Below are positions 20,950-30,893 of a stretch of 64,000 nt of DNA, piece by piece. Under the pieces are notes generated by a model, which worked only from the letters and a program-made list of their open reading frames with translations, was not told where the DNA came from and searched no databases. The translations under genes and the position numbers were made by a program. Source of the stretch: a virus; the IMG/VR virus record IMGVR_UViG_3300042691_015471, positions 3,498-67,497 of that record. One strand, given 5' to 3'. Position 1 is the stretch's first letter. Every line of letters starts with the position of its first letter.

Positions 20950-21233
20950 TGGTTTTCAATTATGTCAATCACCATATCTACTATGGCTCTTGGGTGAACG
21001 TTGTCTGTCTTTATCTTTTCCATACACTTCATGTATACCTCTTCCCGGTTAACAGTATTGCCCAACCATTCAAGGCTGGTAATCCTGAAGCCTTTTATAT
21101 CCGAGATGAGTACAGGGTAGTTTTTCAATCCCTTACTGTACAGATATTCCTGGGCGAAGTTTAGTGAGTCATTGATGTGGTTGCACTTGGCATCCTCATA
21201 TCCCTGATTGTAAGAGTCTATTATAATCTTCAT
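20946..21233 (-). CDS. Hypothetical protein
   Basis: Tightly packed in the minus-strand operon. Confidence 0.5.
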   Translation of the reverse strand: MKIIIDSYNQGYEDAKCNHINDSLNFAQEYLYSKGLKNYPVLISDIKGFRITSLEWLGNTVNREEVYMKCMEKIKTDNVHPRAIVDMVIDIIENQ

Positions 21234-21234
21234 A

Positions 21235-21921
21235 TTATTTTATATCTAAAACGTTTCCAAATGATGTAAGTCCTTGGTCAAACTTGCCATCATGAACACA
21301 TGTGGCGTTTGAGAAGATGGTAGGGCACTTGCTGTAGCGTGATATACCCTGGTTGTGTATGCCATCCATGTCGTGTATGTGACCAAACAGATGCGCCTTA
21401 GGTCTGAACGAAGCTATCCACTTCATGAGTGACAGGTCACCACACTGCTTGAGTTCTCCATCCCTCTCTTCTGTCAGATCCCTCACGCCCTTTGGAGGAC
21501 CGTGGGTTATTAGTATGTCAATTTTAGTTGGCATTACCGACCATAGATCATGCATCTTGCCCCTTGCCTTCATGAATGACCACTCTCCATAGGTTGGTGT
21601 GTAAGGAGATCCGAAAATCTTGAGGTCGCCAATTGCGACCAGTTCATGTTCAAGGTAGGTGATCCCCCGATCTGCAAAGTTTTCCCTAGTGATTAGCCTT
21701 CTCTCGATACTGGTGTCGTGATTGCCTGCGACATAGATCTTGTGCTCTACTGGCACAGTCATGTACCACTCAAGAAAGTCAAACACTTCGTGTGAGTTGC
21801 GTGCAGGATCTCTCCAGTTGGAGCAGTCACCTGAGTGGATGACCATCTCGATGTCCTTAAAGATGTAGTCCGGTAAGTCTCTGTGGAATCCGTGGGTGTC
21901 GCTAAGGTGTAGTATTGTCAT
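21235..21921 (-). CDS. Calcineurin-like metallophosphoesterase
   Basis: SDTHG, HSGD, AGNHD, THGPP, FGHIH. Confidence 0.92.
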   Translation of the reverse strand: MTILHLSDTHGFHRDLPDYIFKDIEMVIHSGDCSNWRDPARNSHEVFDFLEWYMTVPVEHKIYVAGNHDTSIERRLITRENFADRGITYLEHELVAIGDLKIFGSPYTPTYGEWSFMKARGKMHDLWSVMPTKIDILITHGPPKGVRDLTEERDGELKQCGDLSLMKWIASFRPKAHLFGHIHDMDGIHNQGISRYSKCPTIFSNATCVHDGKFDQGLTSFGNVLDIK

Positions 21922-22223
21922 AGTTTGTTAATGAAGTCCTCTAGCTTCTTTTTGGTTTTGTCATCCATGTGGGTTGCACACCTGAGCAGCTCGTCATAGA
22001 ACAGGTGGTCTTTTGCCTTGGCAATACCTCTATTCTCTGCAGGTATCTTCAGTTCAATGGCTGTCTTCAGCCATCTGAGTTTTGTGATAACCGGTGGCAT
22101 GGTTTCTCTGAATGCAACATGCCTAGTACTGAGCAGATCCTCTGCATACGTAAGCGCATTGCATATGTTGGCGTGCAATAATTCAAACGACTCTGTTTGC
22201 GATTGTGTTAGTTTGATCCCCAT
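21918..22223 (-). CDS. Hypothetical protein
   Basis: Overlaps both neighbours in the operon. Confidence 0.55.
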   Translation of the reverse strand: MGIKLTQSQTESFELLHANICNALTYAEDLLSTRHVAFRETMPPVITKLRWLKTAIELKIPAENRGIAKAKDHLFYDELLRCATHMDDKTKKKLEDFINKL

Positions 22224-22867
22224 TGTTCTGCCATTGCTTTTGCTATCCCCTCAAATGTTTTACTCCTCAATGTTTGTCTTTCAGCTTTACTCTTTGCTTT
22301 AGCTAAAGCTTCAGCATACCATTTAGGATGACTTTTCCCAGATGCAAACACTGTTCTCTCACCCTTACCCACAACATTTGTATGCTCTAGCTGTGGTAAT
22401 CCTTTAAGCCACAAGCATGTTGTTTTTGTAGCCTCGTGACCAAAATGGTAAGGCTGAATAATTTGATCAGGTTTTCTCCATCTGCTGCTGAGTAGTCCTA
22501 CAGGATTCTCGATAGCTATCTTTGATATGTTTGAATCGTAAAGAGCTTTCACAAATTCAACGCTCTCAAGCATGTCTGTTCTTCTAGTGGGATACTTTGG
22601 GTGTGGTCTTCGTTCGTCAAATGGTAGCGCTTTATCTTCAGGATGAGACAACCATTGAACGCTGCTGCCTGCCAAAAAAGTACATGGAGGATGTGCTATC
22701 ATCAAGTCCCATCCTTGGTTTATAACTTCAAATACGTCTTGTTGAAAATGCCATTCAGGATGTCCTCCACTTGATGGCAATAGATCACAACTGAATGCTT
22801 CATGACCAAGGTTTCTGAATGCTTTGCAAACAGCTTGGCTTTCTTCGCAAGCGACTAATACTTTCAT
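22208..22867 (-). CDS. Phage DNA cytosine-C5 methyltransferase-like protein (compact)
   Basis: VLVACEES, SCD, IAHPPCT (motif IV PC), IENP (motif VI), K.TCLW. Confidence 0.75.
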   Translation of the reverse strand: MKVLVACEESQAVCKAFRNLGHEAFSCDLLPSSGGHPEWHFQQDVFEVINQGWDLMIAHPPCTFLAGSSVQWLSHPEDKALPFDERRPHPKYPTRRTDMLESVEFVKALYDSNISKIAIENPVGLLSSRWRKPDQIIQPYHFGHEATKTTCLWLKGLPQLEHTNVVGKGERTVFASGKSHPKWYAEALAKAKSKAERQTLRSKTFEGIAKAMAEQWGSN

Positions 22868-23008
22868 GATAATATAGATTTTAAATAACTATTTTAGAGA
22901 GTGTCATTGATAAGGATTTCTAGCCTTGATAAGATCTGTCCGATTACAATTCCAAGGCGCAGGTCATCGCCTTCCTCCACAGCTCGGGAGAGAGATATGT
23001 ACAGCTGC

Positions 23009-23248
23009 TTAAGTTCTTCCTTCATAGAATATTGATTTTAGTTTTTCGTAAGAGTAAGGACATACGAAAGACATCCCGTTACAGTGCACTAGCGAACACT
23101 CTACATCTTCATCTTTGTAGTGACCAATGGCATTGATAGTAAAAAACAGCATCTGCTTTGTCTCAGTGTCGTATAGGGGTGTAGCAATACCAAGCTTGTC
23201 AAGTTCTTTAGACTGATCATCGTGATGGTATATAGGTAGTTCTATCAT
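23009..23248 (-). CDS. Hypothetical protein
   Basis: ATG at 23248 (MIELPIY...). Confidence 0.5.
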   Translation of the reverse strand: MIELPIYHHDDQSKELDKLGIATPLYDTETKQMLFFTINAIGHYKDEDVECSLVHCNGMSFVCPYSYEKLKSIFYEGRT

Positions 23249-23759
23249 AAAGGAATGCTTGTACGCTTTTAGTGAGGAAGTCAATGTCTTTGCTGTTGTG
23301 CATGATGAAGTCAAAGTCCCAGTTGTCTAGAGCTGTCTCAGATGGGTGGGTGTTAACAGGTTCCCCCCGAACGATCCGGATCACCTTGCCTCCGTAATCT
23401 CTGACCATCTGTGCTTCGTTAGGAAAGCGACAGTCCACAATCAACCAATTGTCTCCCTCCTTGTAATCGCAGAACATAGCATTCACCCATGCATCTTTGT
23501 GCAGTCCATCCCGGACAGCATCCGTGCCTAGCTTCTGCAGGAATGTTCTGACATCCATGCCCCATCCTGGGAGCTCTAGCTTTTTGAAATCTTGACTTTC
23601 AAACATCCCACTTGGGATTCCGGTGAGTAGTGATGCCACCTGTTTGAGCTTGTGAGCAAAGCCTTTGATTTGCCAGTTCTTTTCTGGCTGCATAGACTTT
23701 ATCAATTCTGCCACAGTATTCTTACCTGACAGTGCGTATCCTGAAATGCCTACAATCAT
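23217..23759 (-). CDS. Deoxynucleoside monophosphate kinase
   Basis: GISGYALSGKNT P-loop, FAHKLK, RTFLQKLGTD, DCRFPNE, HPSE. Confidence 0.9.
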   Translation of the reverse strand: MIVGISGYALSGKNTVAELIKSMQPEKNWQIKGFAHKLKQVASLLTGIPSGMFESQDFKKLELPGWGMDVRTFLQKLGTDAVRDGLHKDAWVNAMFCDYKEGDNWLIVDCRFPNEAQMVRDYGGKVIRIVRGEPVNTHPSETALDNWDFDFIMHNSKDIDFLTKSVQAFLYDRTTYIPSR

Positions 23760-23798
23760 TTGTTGAGTTTTAAGAGAGGGAGCAAATGCTCCCCCTGA

Positions 23799-24038
23799 TT
23801 AGAATGGTAGGTCTTCCTGCCCTGCAAACTTTGGTGCAGCAGCAGTAGGTTTCCAAGTGTCAATCTCCAGGTACTGTGTACCCTTTTGGGAGTTCTTCAG
23901 GTTAAGGTTAACCCATCCCTTTTCGCTAAGGTGTTCAGACAGTTTCTGCAGATCGTCCTTTGTTAGTCCAATCTTTGTCATGGTTCCAAACTTGGTCTCT
24001 TTGGCTTCGACCTTGCCGACAAAAAGCTTTTCGCTCAT
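23799..24038 (-). CDS. Small ssDNA-binding-like protein
   Basis: OB-like size, acidic EDLPF C-terminal tail, replication context. Confidence 0.55.
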   Translation of the reverse strand: MSEKLFVGKVEAKETKFGTMTKIGLTKDDLQKLSEHLSEKGWVNLNLKNSQKGTQYLEIDTWKPTAAAPKFAGQEDLPF

Positions 24039-24177
24039 CGTTTTCCAGTTTTAATTGTTATTGAATATTTAAGAAAGTAGAATCCTATCTCAAGTTGATT
24101 GGGACCAGGATCAAATACGATTGCTAGCGTGGGTAGGATTATCCATACCTCCATCGGTTGTGCGTTGATTTCTATGT

Positions 24178-24519
24178 TCATGGTTTGATAATTTGATTTT
24201 GAATAAGCATTTCTAGTAACTCCTTGAAATCTTCCAGAGTCATGGCGACTATCGTTCCCTTTCTGTTTCTCTTGTGGAAGACCAGGTTGTAGTTGTTATC
24301 CTGTGGCATGCGTGCTAGGATATCGTGGATACTCCCGAGCTTCTCCACTGCCTTGGCTTGGATTGAGAATGGTTCTGTGTAGCACAGATCAATCCCCTGA
24401 TCGTCCTTGTTCTTGGACTCAGACCGGGAGCTGACTGCCTTGGTCCAGCCTAGATCCCTAAACCAGTCTCTGATGGTAAGCTCATAGCTGTGTCCTTTCT
24501 TTCTTGGATTAATCGCCAT
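24178..24519 (-). CDS. Holliday junction resolvase (Hjc-like PD-(D/E)XK)
   Basis: RKKGHSYE...GIDL...SIQAK. Confidence 0.75.
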   Translation of the reverse strand: MAINPRKKGHSYELTIRDWFRDLGWTKAVSSRSESKNKDDQGIDLCYTEPFSIQAKAVEKLGSIHDILARMPQDNNYNLVFHKRNRKGTIVAMTLEDFKELLEMLIQNQIIKP

Positions 24520-24738
24520 ATCCTGCCTGTTTTGTGTAGTTCCTCAATAGAAAACCATGACACGCTCGGGTGGAAAACAGTCGGATGAAACTCATTCTTC
24601 CTGTTCACCTGTTGCATGTAGTATGGTTGTCCCGGTTTTATATCCTCTAGCTTTACTTGTTCTAATAATCCTTCCCCCGACACGTCCTCCACATATTCCA
24701 ACCACGCTCCTCCATTGTTATACTTCCTCCAGTTCTCC

Positions 24739-26484
24739 TTAAACAGAATCTGCAAGTGAGGCGAAGCTTTCGATGTCGTTCTTGGTGATCGGCTGACCGA
24801 TGAACTTTGTTTTGTCCGTGCCATCGTTTATCTTTTCTGCAGATACATACCTGCTGTTACCAATATTGAATGTGAAGAAGCTTGCACCAACCTGTCCAGT
24901 GTACTTGAACCTCACCTTCCATCTGTGTATCTCAGTCTGCTTTGTTTCCATGTTCCTATACACAGTGAGGCCGTTGTCAGGAAGGTTGTAGAAGTGGGAG
25001 CTGTCACCAACATCGTATCCATTTGGGACCTTGTACACATTGCTCTTGAGCTCTGACATCTTCTTTGGATGTGCCACTAAGAACACATGCACTCCACAGT
25101 TCCTGGCAAACCTGCTCACGTCAGTCATCATGACCTTGATCTGGTGGTGACGTGTGTCAGTCTGGTTGCTCATGCTCTTCTCAACTGTGCTCATGTTATC
25201 AATCACCAGGATGTTAATACCAAACCTCTTGACCATACCTTTAGCCTTTTCGATGATGCCGTCAATGCTCAGGTCGTTATCGTACAACCGGTAGTACTTG
25301 AAGTGATCGTTCATGAATGGCATCCACTTCTCTAGCTCTTCCTTGGTCAGCCTCTCAGTGTACTGGGATTTGAAAAAGCTTTTGCCGGTGGCGATTTGGT
25401 ACATGTCTGACAGGGCAAATGCTGTGTTAGCCTCCTCAGCTGAGTAAATAAAAGACTTGAGTCCGTGCATCGCAGCAAGACGGAAGATGATATTCTTGAG
25501 GAAGGTTGACTTGCCATGGCCGGGGATGCCGGTGACTAGGGTAACCTGGCCGGGATGCCATATGAACTCGTTGTCCATCTCATACCCAACAGTGAAACCT
25601 TTAGGTGTGCCATCATCAAACAGCTGGTACAGCTCCTCCTTGACACTCAGCGCATCGTCAATCCCTTCCACAGGAAACGGTGCTGCTGCGTTGTAGCATC
25701 TTACTAAGGCTTCCTTACCATCCTTGAGCAGGGTTTCATTGGCATCCTTGTATGGGAGCTCAATGATATAGCAGTTGTCCTTGCCTAGCCTCCTTGCAAG
25801 CTCGTTTCTGAGAGCGATGCCTGCCTCGTCCATATCAGTGGCCAGGTAGATCTTCCTGCCGTCAAAGACCTCAATGAAATCATCTAGCCATTCAAGCCTT
25901 TGAGACCCCTTACTAGCTCCGTTAGGTACTGAGACAGCCGTCTTGATTCCTGCTTCATAAAATGACATTGCATCAATCTCTCCCTCTGTGATAACAAGCT
26001 CACTGGAAGAATTATCACGTACAACGTCAATGCCAAAAGGACCAAGCATAGCGCCACTGACCAGCTTAAAATTTTTATTCCGATCCCGATACTTAATGTT
26101 ATAAACCTCTCCATTGTAGATGTAGTTAAAATGAATTGTGTTTACCTCTGATCCTACCTGAGGCATGTAGTCTATTCCTTCTGATACCTTATATCTGAGA
26201 AGGGTTTGATTGGATATCCCCCGAGCTGCAAACCATGCAATCACATTTGGTGACAGGTTCTTCAGCTCTGCCGGAGGCTTGACGTATTCTTTCTTCTTGT
26301 ATACCTTGGCGGTTCCTGCCCATCCACAGTTGTGGCAATTGTAGATACCCTCCTCAATCAACACGCTCAGGCACGGGTCGCTCTTATGCTTCCTAGTGTG
26401 GGAGCACTGAGGACATGGGACCTTCACGTTGCCGTGCTGTCCTGCCCTTACACTAATCCCCAAGGATTGCAGTTGCTGAATCAT
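24739..26484 (-). CDS. Primase-helicase (T7 gp4/Twinkle type)
   Basis: CPQC/CHNC zinc finger, TEGEIDAMS and ATDMD TOPRIM motifs, KDANE, Walker A GIPGHGKS, LVAHPKK. Confidence 0.93.
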   Translation of the reverse strand: MIQQLQSLGISVRAGQHGNVKVPCPQCSHTRKHKSDPCLSVLIEEGIYNCHNCGWAGTAKVYKKKEYVKPPAELKNLSPNVIAWFAARGISNQTLLRYKVSEGIDYMPQVGSEVNTIHFNYIYNGEVYNIKYRDRNKNFKLVSGAMLGPFGIDVVRDNSSSELVITEGEIDAMSFYEAGIKTAVSVPNGASKGSQRLEWLDDFIEVFDGRKIYLATDMDEAGIALRNELARRLGKDNCYIIELPYKDANETLLKDGKEALVRCYNAAAPFPVEGIDDALSVKEELYQLFDDGTPKGFTVGYEMDNEFIWHPGQVTLVTGIPGHGKSTFLKNIIFRLAAMHGLKSFIYSAEEANTAFALSDMYQIATGKSFFKSQYTERLTKEELEKWMPFMNDHFKYYRLYDNDLSIDGIIEKAKGMVKRFGINILVIDNMSTVEKSMSNQTDTRHHQIKVMMTDVSRFARNCGVHVFLVAHPKKMSELKSNVYKVPNGYDVGDSSHFYNLPDNGLTVYRNMETKQTEIHRWKVRFKYTGQVGASFFTFNIGNSRYVSAEKINDGTDKTKFIGQPITKNDIESFASLADSV

Positions 26485-27043
26485 GTTTTTGTTTGTTTAA
26501 CCAATAGTGGTTGGCATCGTCCAGGTAGCGGGGAAACTTTGAAGAGAAGATGGTAGCAGGTCTGTTGTATTCCTTCATCTTCTCATCGACTCCCCAGGTA
26601 TCTTTCTTATGTACAATTACACTTTTGAAGTGAGTAATGGTGAGCTTTGGATGTGCCTTCAGGAGTCGTTTAACTAGCTCAATGTTTGTAGGAAGCTGGT
26701 ACTTGGTGCCATTGACTTCATTGAAGAATGTCACCACCTCCTTGGCTAGGTCTGTATCCTTTGTGCTCACTGTTGCAGGATCCTCGAAGAACGCCATGTA
26801 CCAATGCTTGGTAGGGTAGACGCTTCCATTCTCTGCTATCTCTAGCAGGGGAGGATTGAAGGTTCGCATGTCATCGATAGCTACTGATACTGCCCTGGTG
26901 CTAAGACCGAGGGTTCCCGCCAACGAATTAATCGAAGTCGGGAGCCACACGTTCTTATGCTGTGCACATGCATCAGCTATCATATAGTGTACGGATGAAA
27001 TGCCAAGCTTGTTGCGGACGCTGTGATCAATTGCTGTAATCAT
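26453..27043 (-). CDS. Replication initiator-like protein with conserved phage C-terminal domain
   Basis: N-terminal wHTH-like segment; FFNEVNG...W..DEKMKEYNRPATIF..KF..YL; adjacent to the helicase. Confidence 0.7.
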   Translation of the reverse strand: MITAIDHSVRNKLGISSVHYMIADACAQHKNVWLPTSINSLAGTLGLSTRAVSVAIDDMRTFNPPLLEIAENGSVYPTKHWYMAFFEDPATVSTKDTDLAKEVVTFFNEVNGTKYQLPTNIELVKRLLKAHPKLTITHFKSVIVHKKDTWGVDEKMKEYNRPATIFSSKFPRYLDDANHYWLNKQKHDSATAILGD

Positions 27044-27429
27044 ATGTTGATGTAGTCTTCCATTTTGAGATACGGGCTTCTCTTGGTAGCTGTTTTGATG
27101 GCGTTGAGGCACATGCCTACCTTGATGTAGAACTTCCTGACATTGTCATCTGAGTCGTACAGGGTGCCATCAGTCTTTCTTCTGTGGCCTTCACGGTAGT
27201 ACTCCCTGAACTGCATCAACTTGTGCCGGTATGAGTCGTATCCCATGTCTATGTGCGCCATGACATCACTGCCATCAAACCCATACATATCAGCAAGGCC
27301 TACGAATATGGTCCTGGCTAGCTCCTTGTTGCCTTCATACTCCTCATCAACCTGCATATACTTTTGTCCTTTCTTATCCCACACGAACTGTGGTTTCATG
27401 ATTTGTTCTATCTCGATGAGTTTGATCAT
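27040..27429 (-). CDS. Hypothetical protein
   Basis: ATG at 27429 with ATGA overlap. Confidence 0.55.
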   Translation of the reverse strand: MIKLIEIEQIMKPQFVWDKKGQKYMQVDEEYEGNKELARTIFVGLADMYGFDGSDVMAHIDMGYDSYRHKLMQFREYYREGHRRKTDGTLYDSDDNVRKFYIKVGMCLNAIKTATKRSPYLKMEDYINI

Positions 27430-27659
27430 AGCTTTTCGATTTCGTTTTTTACTTGTTCCCAATACTGAAACCTTTTCTTTTCCCACTCGTAACCTCCACC
27501 TCCCATCCATGCATACATCTCGTCTATCCTTTCATCCACAGATATCAATGCACACTTTTGTGCAGTTTCAATGTCTCCTATGTACATGATTGGGTTTCTA
27601 GATGGCAATAGCTCTAAGTACTTATCTACTATTTGTTCTGCTTTTTCTTTCGGTGTCAT
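27426..27659 (-). CDS. Hypothetical phage protein (MTPKEKA..CAL..VDE type)
   Basis: Recognisable small phage protein pattern. Confidence 0.55.
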   Translation of the reverse strand: MTPKEKAEQIVDKYLELLPSRNPIMYIGDIETAQKCALISVDERIDEMYAWMGGGGYEWEKKRFQYWEQVKNEIEKL

Positions 27660-28642
27660 TGTAGTTTACAGTTAAACTGTTTACGCCATGTTATCTTACC
27701 ATTTGGTAATACCATAGTTGTTGCACCTTCTTTCTCCATGACTTGCTTGAGCTTGTTCTGGTAGAGCTGCTTGTCGTTCTCAAGAGTCTTGATCTCTACA
27801 CCAAGTGAGTTGTAGGTGTATGCCCACTGCTCATGTTCGTCTGTTCCATTAATGGTGATCTCTTCCTCCCGAGCTTTGTGCTTTTCAGATATGAATGCAT
27901 TGAAGGCTTGTGAATGATCAGCATCCGGTTCATACTGTGATGCTACTTGCATTGCCTGCTCAGGATTAAGCCCTTCGGTCTCCTGCCTAGCGGTAAGCAC
28001 TCGCTGTTGGAACTCATTTGCTTCGTGCAGGATCCTGTCTTGGAGCTCTTTGTCTTTTTCAAACGTCACACACCCAAGCTGTCTTCCATCCTTCAAGTAG
28101 CAGATGTCTGCATAATCCAATCCCATGACAAGCATGTAGTGCTGCACCTGGATCAGGTAGCTAGGTGGAATCCCTGCCTCGTAGGAATCAGCGGAGTACC
28201 CGGAGATCGTTTTGATCTCCAGGATGCCTCGCTTTTTCCCGTAGATTGGATGTTTGGTGATTATGCCGTCTATGTTAGCAAACAGCACCGGGTATTTTGG
28301 ATTGATAACAATTGCTCTGAGCCTTCTGTACCTCTTGATCTTGTTGTCGGTGATGGTGTTGTTGACCCATCCCTCATCGGTTCCGTCATAGTACTGCCAG
28401 CACTTGGCTACGTAGTCCTCAAGCTGTTTGCCATGAAGCATTGCTGCATTCATGATGTTCGGGGGATTGCCCACACCTACAGCTTGGTAATACATGTTGA
28501 TCGGACTCTTGTACTGATTGATGCCAAGAAGGGTTCCGGCATCTGACCCACCAACCATACCCTGGCGTACTAAGGACAAACGCAGGCTCTGCCAATCGGC
28601 CTCGCTGAGCTTAGCCGTTGGAATCATTTGAAGTTTCTTCAT
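27656..28642 (-). CDS. YqaJ/lambda-exonuclease family recombination nuclease
   Basis: GGSDAGTLLG, HGKQLE, ANIDG, LEIKT, YLIQVQHYM. Confidence 0.92.
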   Translation of the reverse strand: MKKLQMIPTAKLSEADWQSLRLSLVRQGMVGGSDAGTLLGINQYKSPINMYYQAVGVGNPPNIMNAAMLHGKQLEDYVAKCWQYYDGTDEGWVNNTITDNKIKRYRRLRAIVINPKYPVLFANIDGIITKHPIYGKKRGILEIKTISGYSADSYEAGIPPSYLIQVQHYMLVMGLDYADICYLKDGRQLGCVTFEKDKELQDRILHEANEFQQRVLTARQETEGLNPEQAMQVASQYEPDADHSQAFNAFISEKHKAREEEITINGTDEHEQWAYTYNSLGVEIKTLENDKQLYQNKLKQVMEKEGATTMVLPNGKITWRKQFNCKLQ

Positions 28643-29379
28643 TTCTTTGCTGCTTTGGTTACGGCCTCTGCTTTGGCCTGGTTGATTAATGCTGTGAGGA
28701 GCCTTTTCTGTGAGTCGTTCAGCTTGTACTTCTTGAGAGCTGACTCAACCTCCTTGAGCTTACCATCGTTGATGAACTTGACCATGGCATCGTACTTCTC
28801 CTGGTCAAGGGCAGGGAGTTCAGAAGTGCTCGGGGGCTTGGCTGTGGTTACTGTGGTATTACCAGATCCTGAAATGGCCGTAGATATAGAGCCCGTTGTT
28901 TGAAACCTTGTTGTTCCGTTAATGACTGAACCGTTAATGTGAGATGTAAGATCCCAGACTCGATTACCATTCTTGTCAACCACATTCCCGTACTGATCGC
29001 AGGGAAGGGTAACCATGGACAGGTCATAAAGGAACCTACCGATACCCCACATCACAGCAGCCCTTTTAAAGGCATCTGAGGCTGCGGACTTTCCGGCCTG
29101 GTCATACATCTGATCTTGTGGGTTATCCTCTACACGGGCCCCGCAATCCCATCTCCATAGGGTATTGCCGTCCATGTTGATACCAATGCCACAAAAGATG
29201 AATCCTCCGATCTCCTTGTACTGCACTTCCCATTGGCAGTGCTCGTCAAGGACTTTCATGACATCTCTGGCATCGATGTAGGCTGAGCACATAGCCTTTG
29301 TCTTGTCTTTGTTTCTAGATTGAACTCGCCACTGGTAAGGAATCGGTTGGCGGAGTTTTTCTGTCAGGGTTTGAATCAT
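28639..29379 (-). CDS. Rad52/Sak-family ssDNA annealing protein
   Basis: QWRVQ, AYIDARDVM..LD, KSAASDAFKRAAVMWGIGRFLY. Confidence 0.9.
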   Translation of the reverse strand: MIQTLTEKLRQPIPYQWRVQSRNKDKTKAMCSAYIDARDVMKVLDEHCQWEVQYKEIGGFIFCGIGINMDGNTLWRWDCGARVEDNPQDQMYDQAGKSAASDAFKRAAVMWGIGRFLYDLSMVTLPCDQYGNVVDKNGNRVWDLTSHINGSVINGTTRFQTTGSISTAISGSGNTTVTTAKPPSTSELPALDQEKYDAMVKFINDGKLKEVESALKKYKLNDSQKRLLTALINQAKAEAVTKAAKK

Positions 29380-29660
29380 TTATGTAAATTTTGGTGAACT
29401 CGTATTGTTCGGCAACGAAGTAGATATGCTGCCAGTCGTATGTAAACTTCATCCTGTCCCCAACCCTGATTGACTTGATAAAATGACCATTACACAGCTG
29501 CTCATGATTGGCGAGCAGCCATTTTCTAAAGGGCGACAGGGCGTAATCCTCGCCACTAATTGTCATTAAATCTTCAGAAAAGTTGTATTTTATCACTAAA
29601 TAAAGGTATAACACAATATTTTAGAGAGTATAGAGTTATCAACATAGTTATCCGAAATGC

Positions 29661-29668
29661 TATATTTG
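29661..29668 (+). promoter_or_regulatory. -7 promoter element TATATTTG upstream of the repressor
   Basis: Exact TAnnTTTG followed by an AC-rich leader and ATG 29690. Confidence 0.6.
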
Positions 29669-29689
29669 CACTTAAACACACCCACAGAC

Positions 29690-30010
29690 ATGAGAATCAA
29701 GAAAACACAGACTAAAGAACAAATCGCTAAAAGATTGAGAGATATTCGTATTGACAATAGACTTACTCAAAAAGAGATGGGTGAATTAATCAACATGACA
29801 TCTGGATCAGTAGGCGCTCTAGAGAATGGGTTGTACACCCCAAATTTTGACGTGCTGCGTATACTTAAAAAAAGACTGAATGTTACTTATGACTTCATGC
29901 TAGACGGTGAAGTGGGACCAGATTCAAATAAACTGAAAGATGAAAATACTAAACTCAAGGAAGAGGTGGAGAGGCTTAGAAAAATGGTAGACAAACTATT
30001 GAAATCCTAA
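29690..30010 (+). CDS. XRE-family HTH repressor (cI-like)
   Basis: RLRDIR...LTQKEMG...VGALENG..P; divergent from the recombination operon. Confidence 0.85.
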   Translation: MRIKKTQTKEQIAKRLRDIRIDNRLTQKEMGELINMTSGSVGALENGLYTPNFDVLRILKKRLNVTYDFMLDGEVGPDSNKLKDENTKLKEEVERLRKMVDKLLKS

Positions 30011-30162
30011 ACGCCATACAGATCAGCATACTGATCTTTTTTCCTGTGCTTATAAATCTTTTCGCACTGCTTACAGTAGGTGGATAGTCGATCAAGCCTT
30101 GTCTTGCTTTTGAAGAACTCAGACTTCGGTTTCTCTTGTTTGCATCGTGGACACTTCTTCAT
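30007..30162 (-). CDS. Small zinc-finger protein
   Basis: MKKCPRC..EKPKSEF...YCKQC. Confidence 0.65.
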   Translation of the reverse strand: MKKCPRCKQEKPKSEFFKSKTRLDRLSTYCKQCEKIYKHRKKDQYADLYGV

Positions 30163-30329
30163 TTCATGATCTCTTTTAGTTGTTCGTAAATTGATTGCTG
30201 TGCAGCACCCCAGTACATGATACACTGACCATCTTTGAAGGGCGGTTCAGCAAAATATGGAGGCTCGGGGGAATAGCGTTGGCAGGTATCCTTGAGAGGA
30301 CAGTCAGTGCCTTTACAGTTTATATCCAT
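30159..30329 (-). CDS. Small Cys-rich protein (56 aa, not in the ORF track)
   Basis: Hand translation MDINCKGTDCPLKDTCQRY...CIMYW; ATGA overlap with the next gene. Confidence 0.55.
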   Translation of the reverse strand: MDINCKGTDCPLKDTCQRYSPEPPYFAEPPFKDGQCIMYWGAAQQSIYEQLKEIMK

Positions 30330-30338
30330 ATTGTCAGG

Positions 30339-30650
30339 TTAATCCTTACGTGATTGATATGTTTCGTTGTAGTAATTTTCTCCTTCATTATTTGTACCAT
30401 CAAAATAATCAGCACTGAATAAATCACCACTAATGAAGGCAGACATTATCTGCTCTTTCTCCATTGCTTTTGCCTTTTTAAGAATAGCATACCAATTGAG
30501 TTTATCCTTTGGGGTTTCCCATAGTTGTTCAAACAAGAACTCTACTGCAGTTTGTTGTTTATACAGTCCATCCTTGGCATCAGCTTCCATGATTTCGGTT
30601 AGTAGTTTCTTCCTCCACTTGCTTTTCTGTTTGAATGTTTTGTCTTCCAT
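30339..30650 (-). CDS. Hypothetical phage protein
   Basis: QQTAVEFL...AKAMEKEQI...YYNETY. Confidence 0.6.
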   Translation of the reverse strand: MEDKTFKQKSKWRKKLLTEIMEADAKDGLYKQQTAVEFLFEQLWETPKDKLNWYAILKKAKAMEKEQIMSAFISGDLFSADYFDGTNNEGENYYNETYQSRKD

Positions 30651-30653
30651 AGT

Positions 30654-30893
30654 TTATTTTTTTATTACTTTAGAGATCCTGTCAATCAGTTCCTGTAGTT
30701 CAGACACATCTTCAAATGCCCACTGCTCTGTGTCGATAACATAGAAACACCCTCCATCGTTGTCAATACCCAGACTGCTCTCGCATCTGATGGTAAGCGT
30801 CTCATGACCTCCATCTACACAGTTACCTTCTTGATTGAACTCGAATGTTGCTGAACTTAATATTGGTTTGTCCATGTTTGTTATTTTAGACAT
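30654..30893 (-). CDS. Hypothetical protein
   Basis: First gene after the 30.9-31.4 kb non-coding tract. Confidence 0.55.
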   Translation of the reverse strand: MSKITNMDKPILSSATFEFNQEGNCVDGGHETLTIRCESSLGIDNDGGCFYVIDTEQWAFEDVSELQELIDRISKVIKK

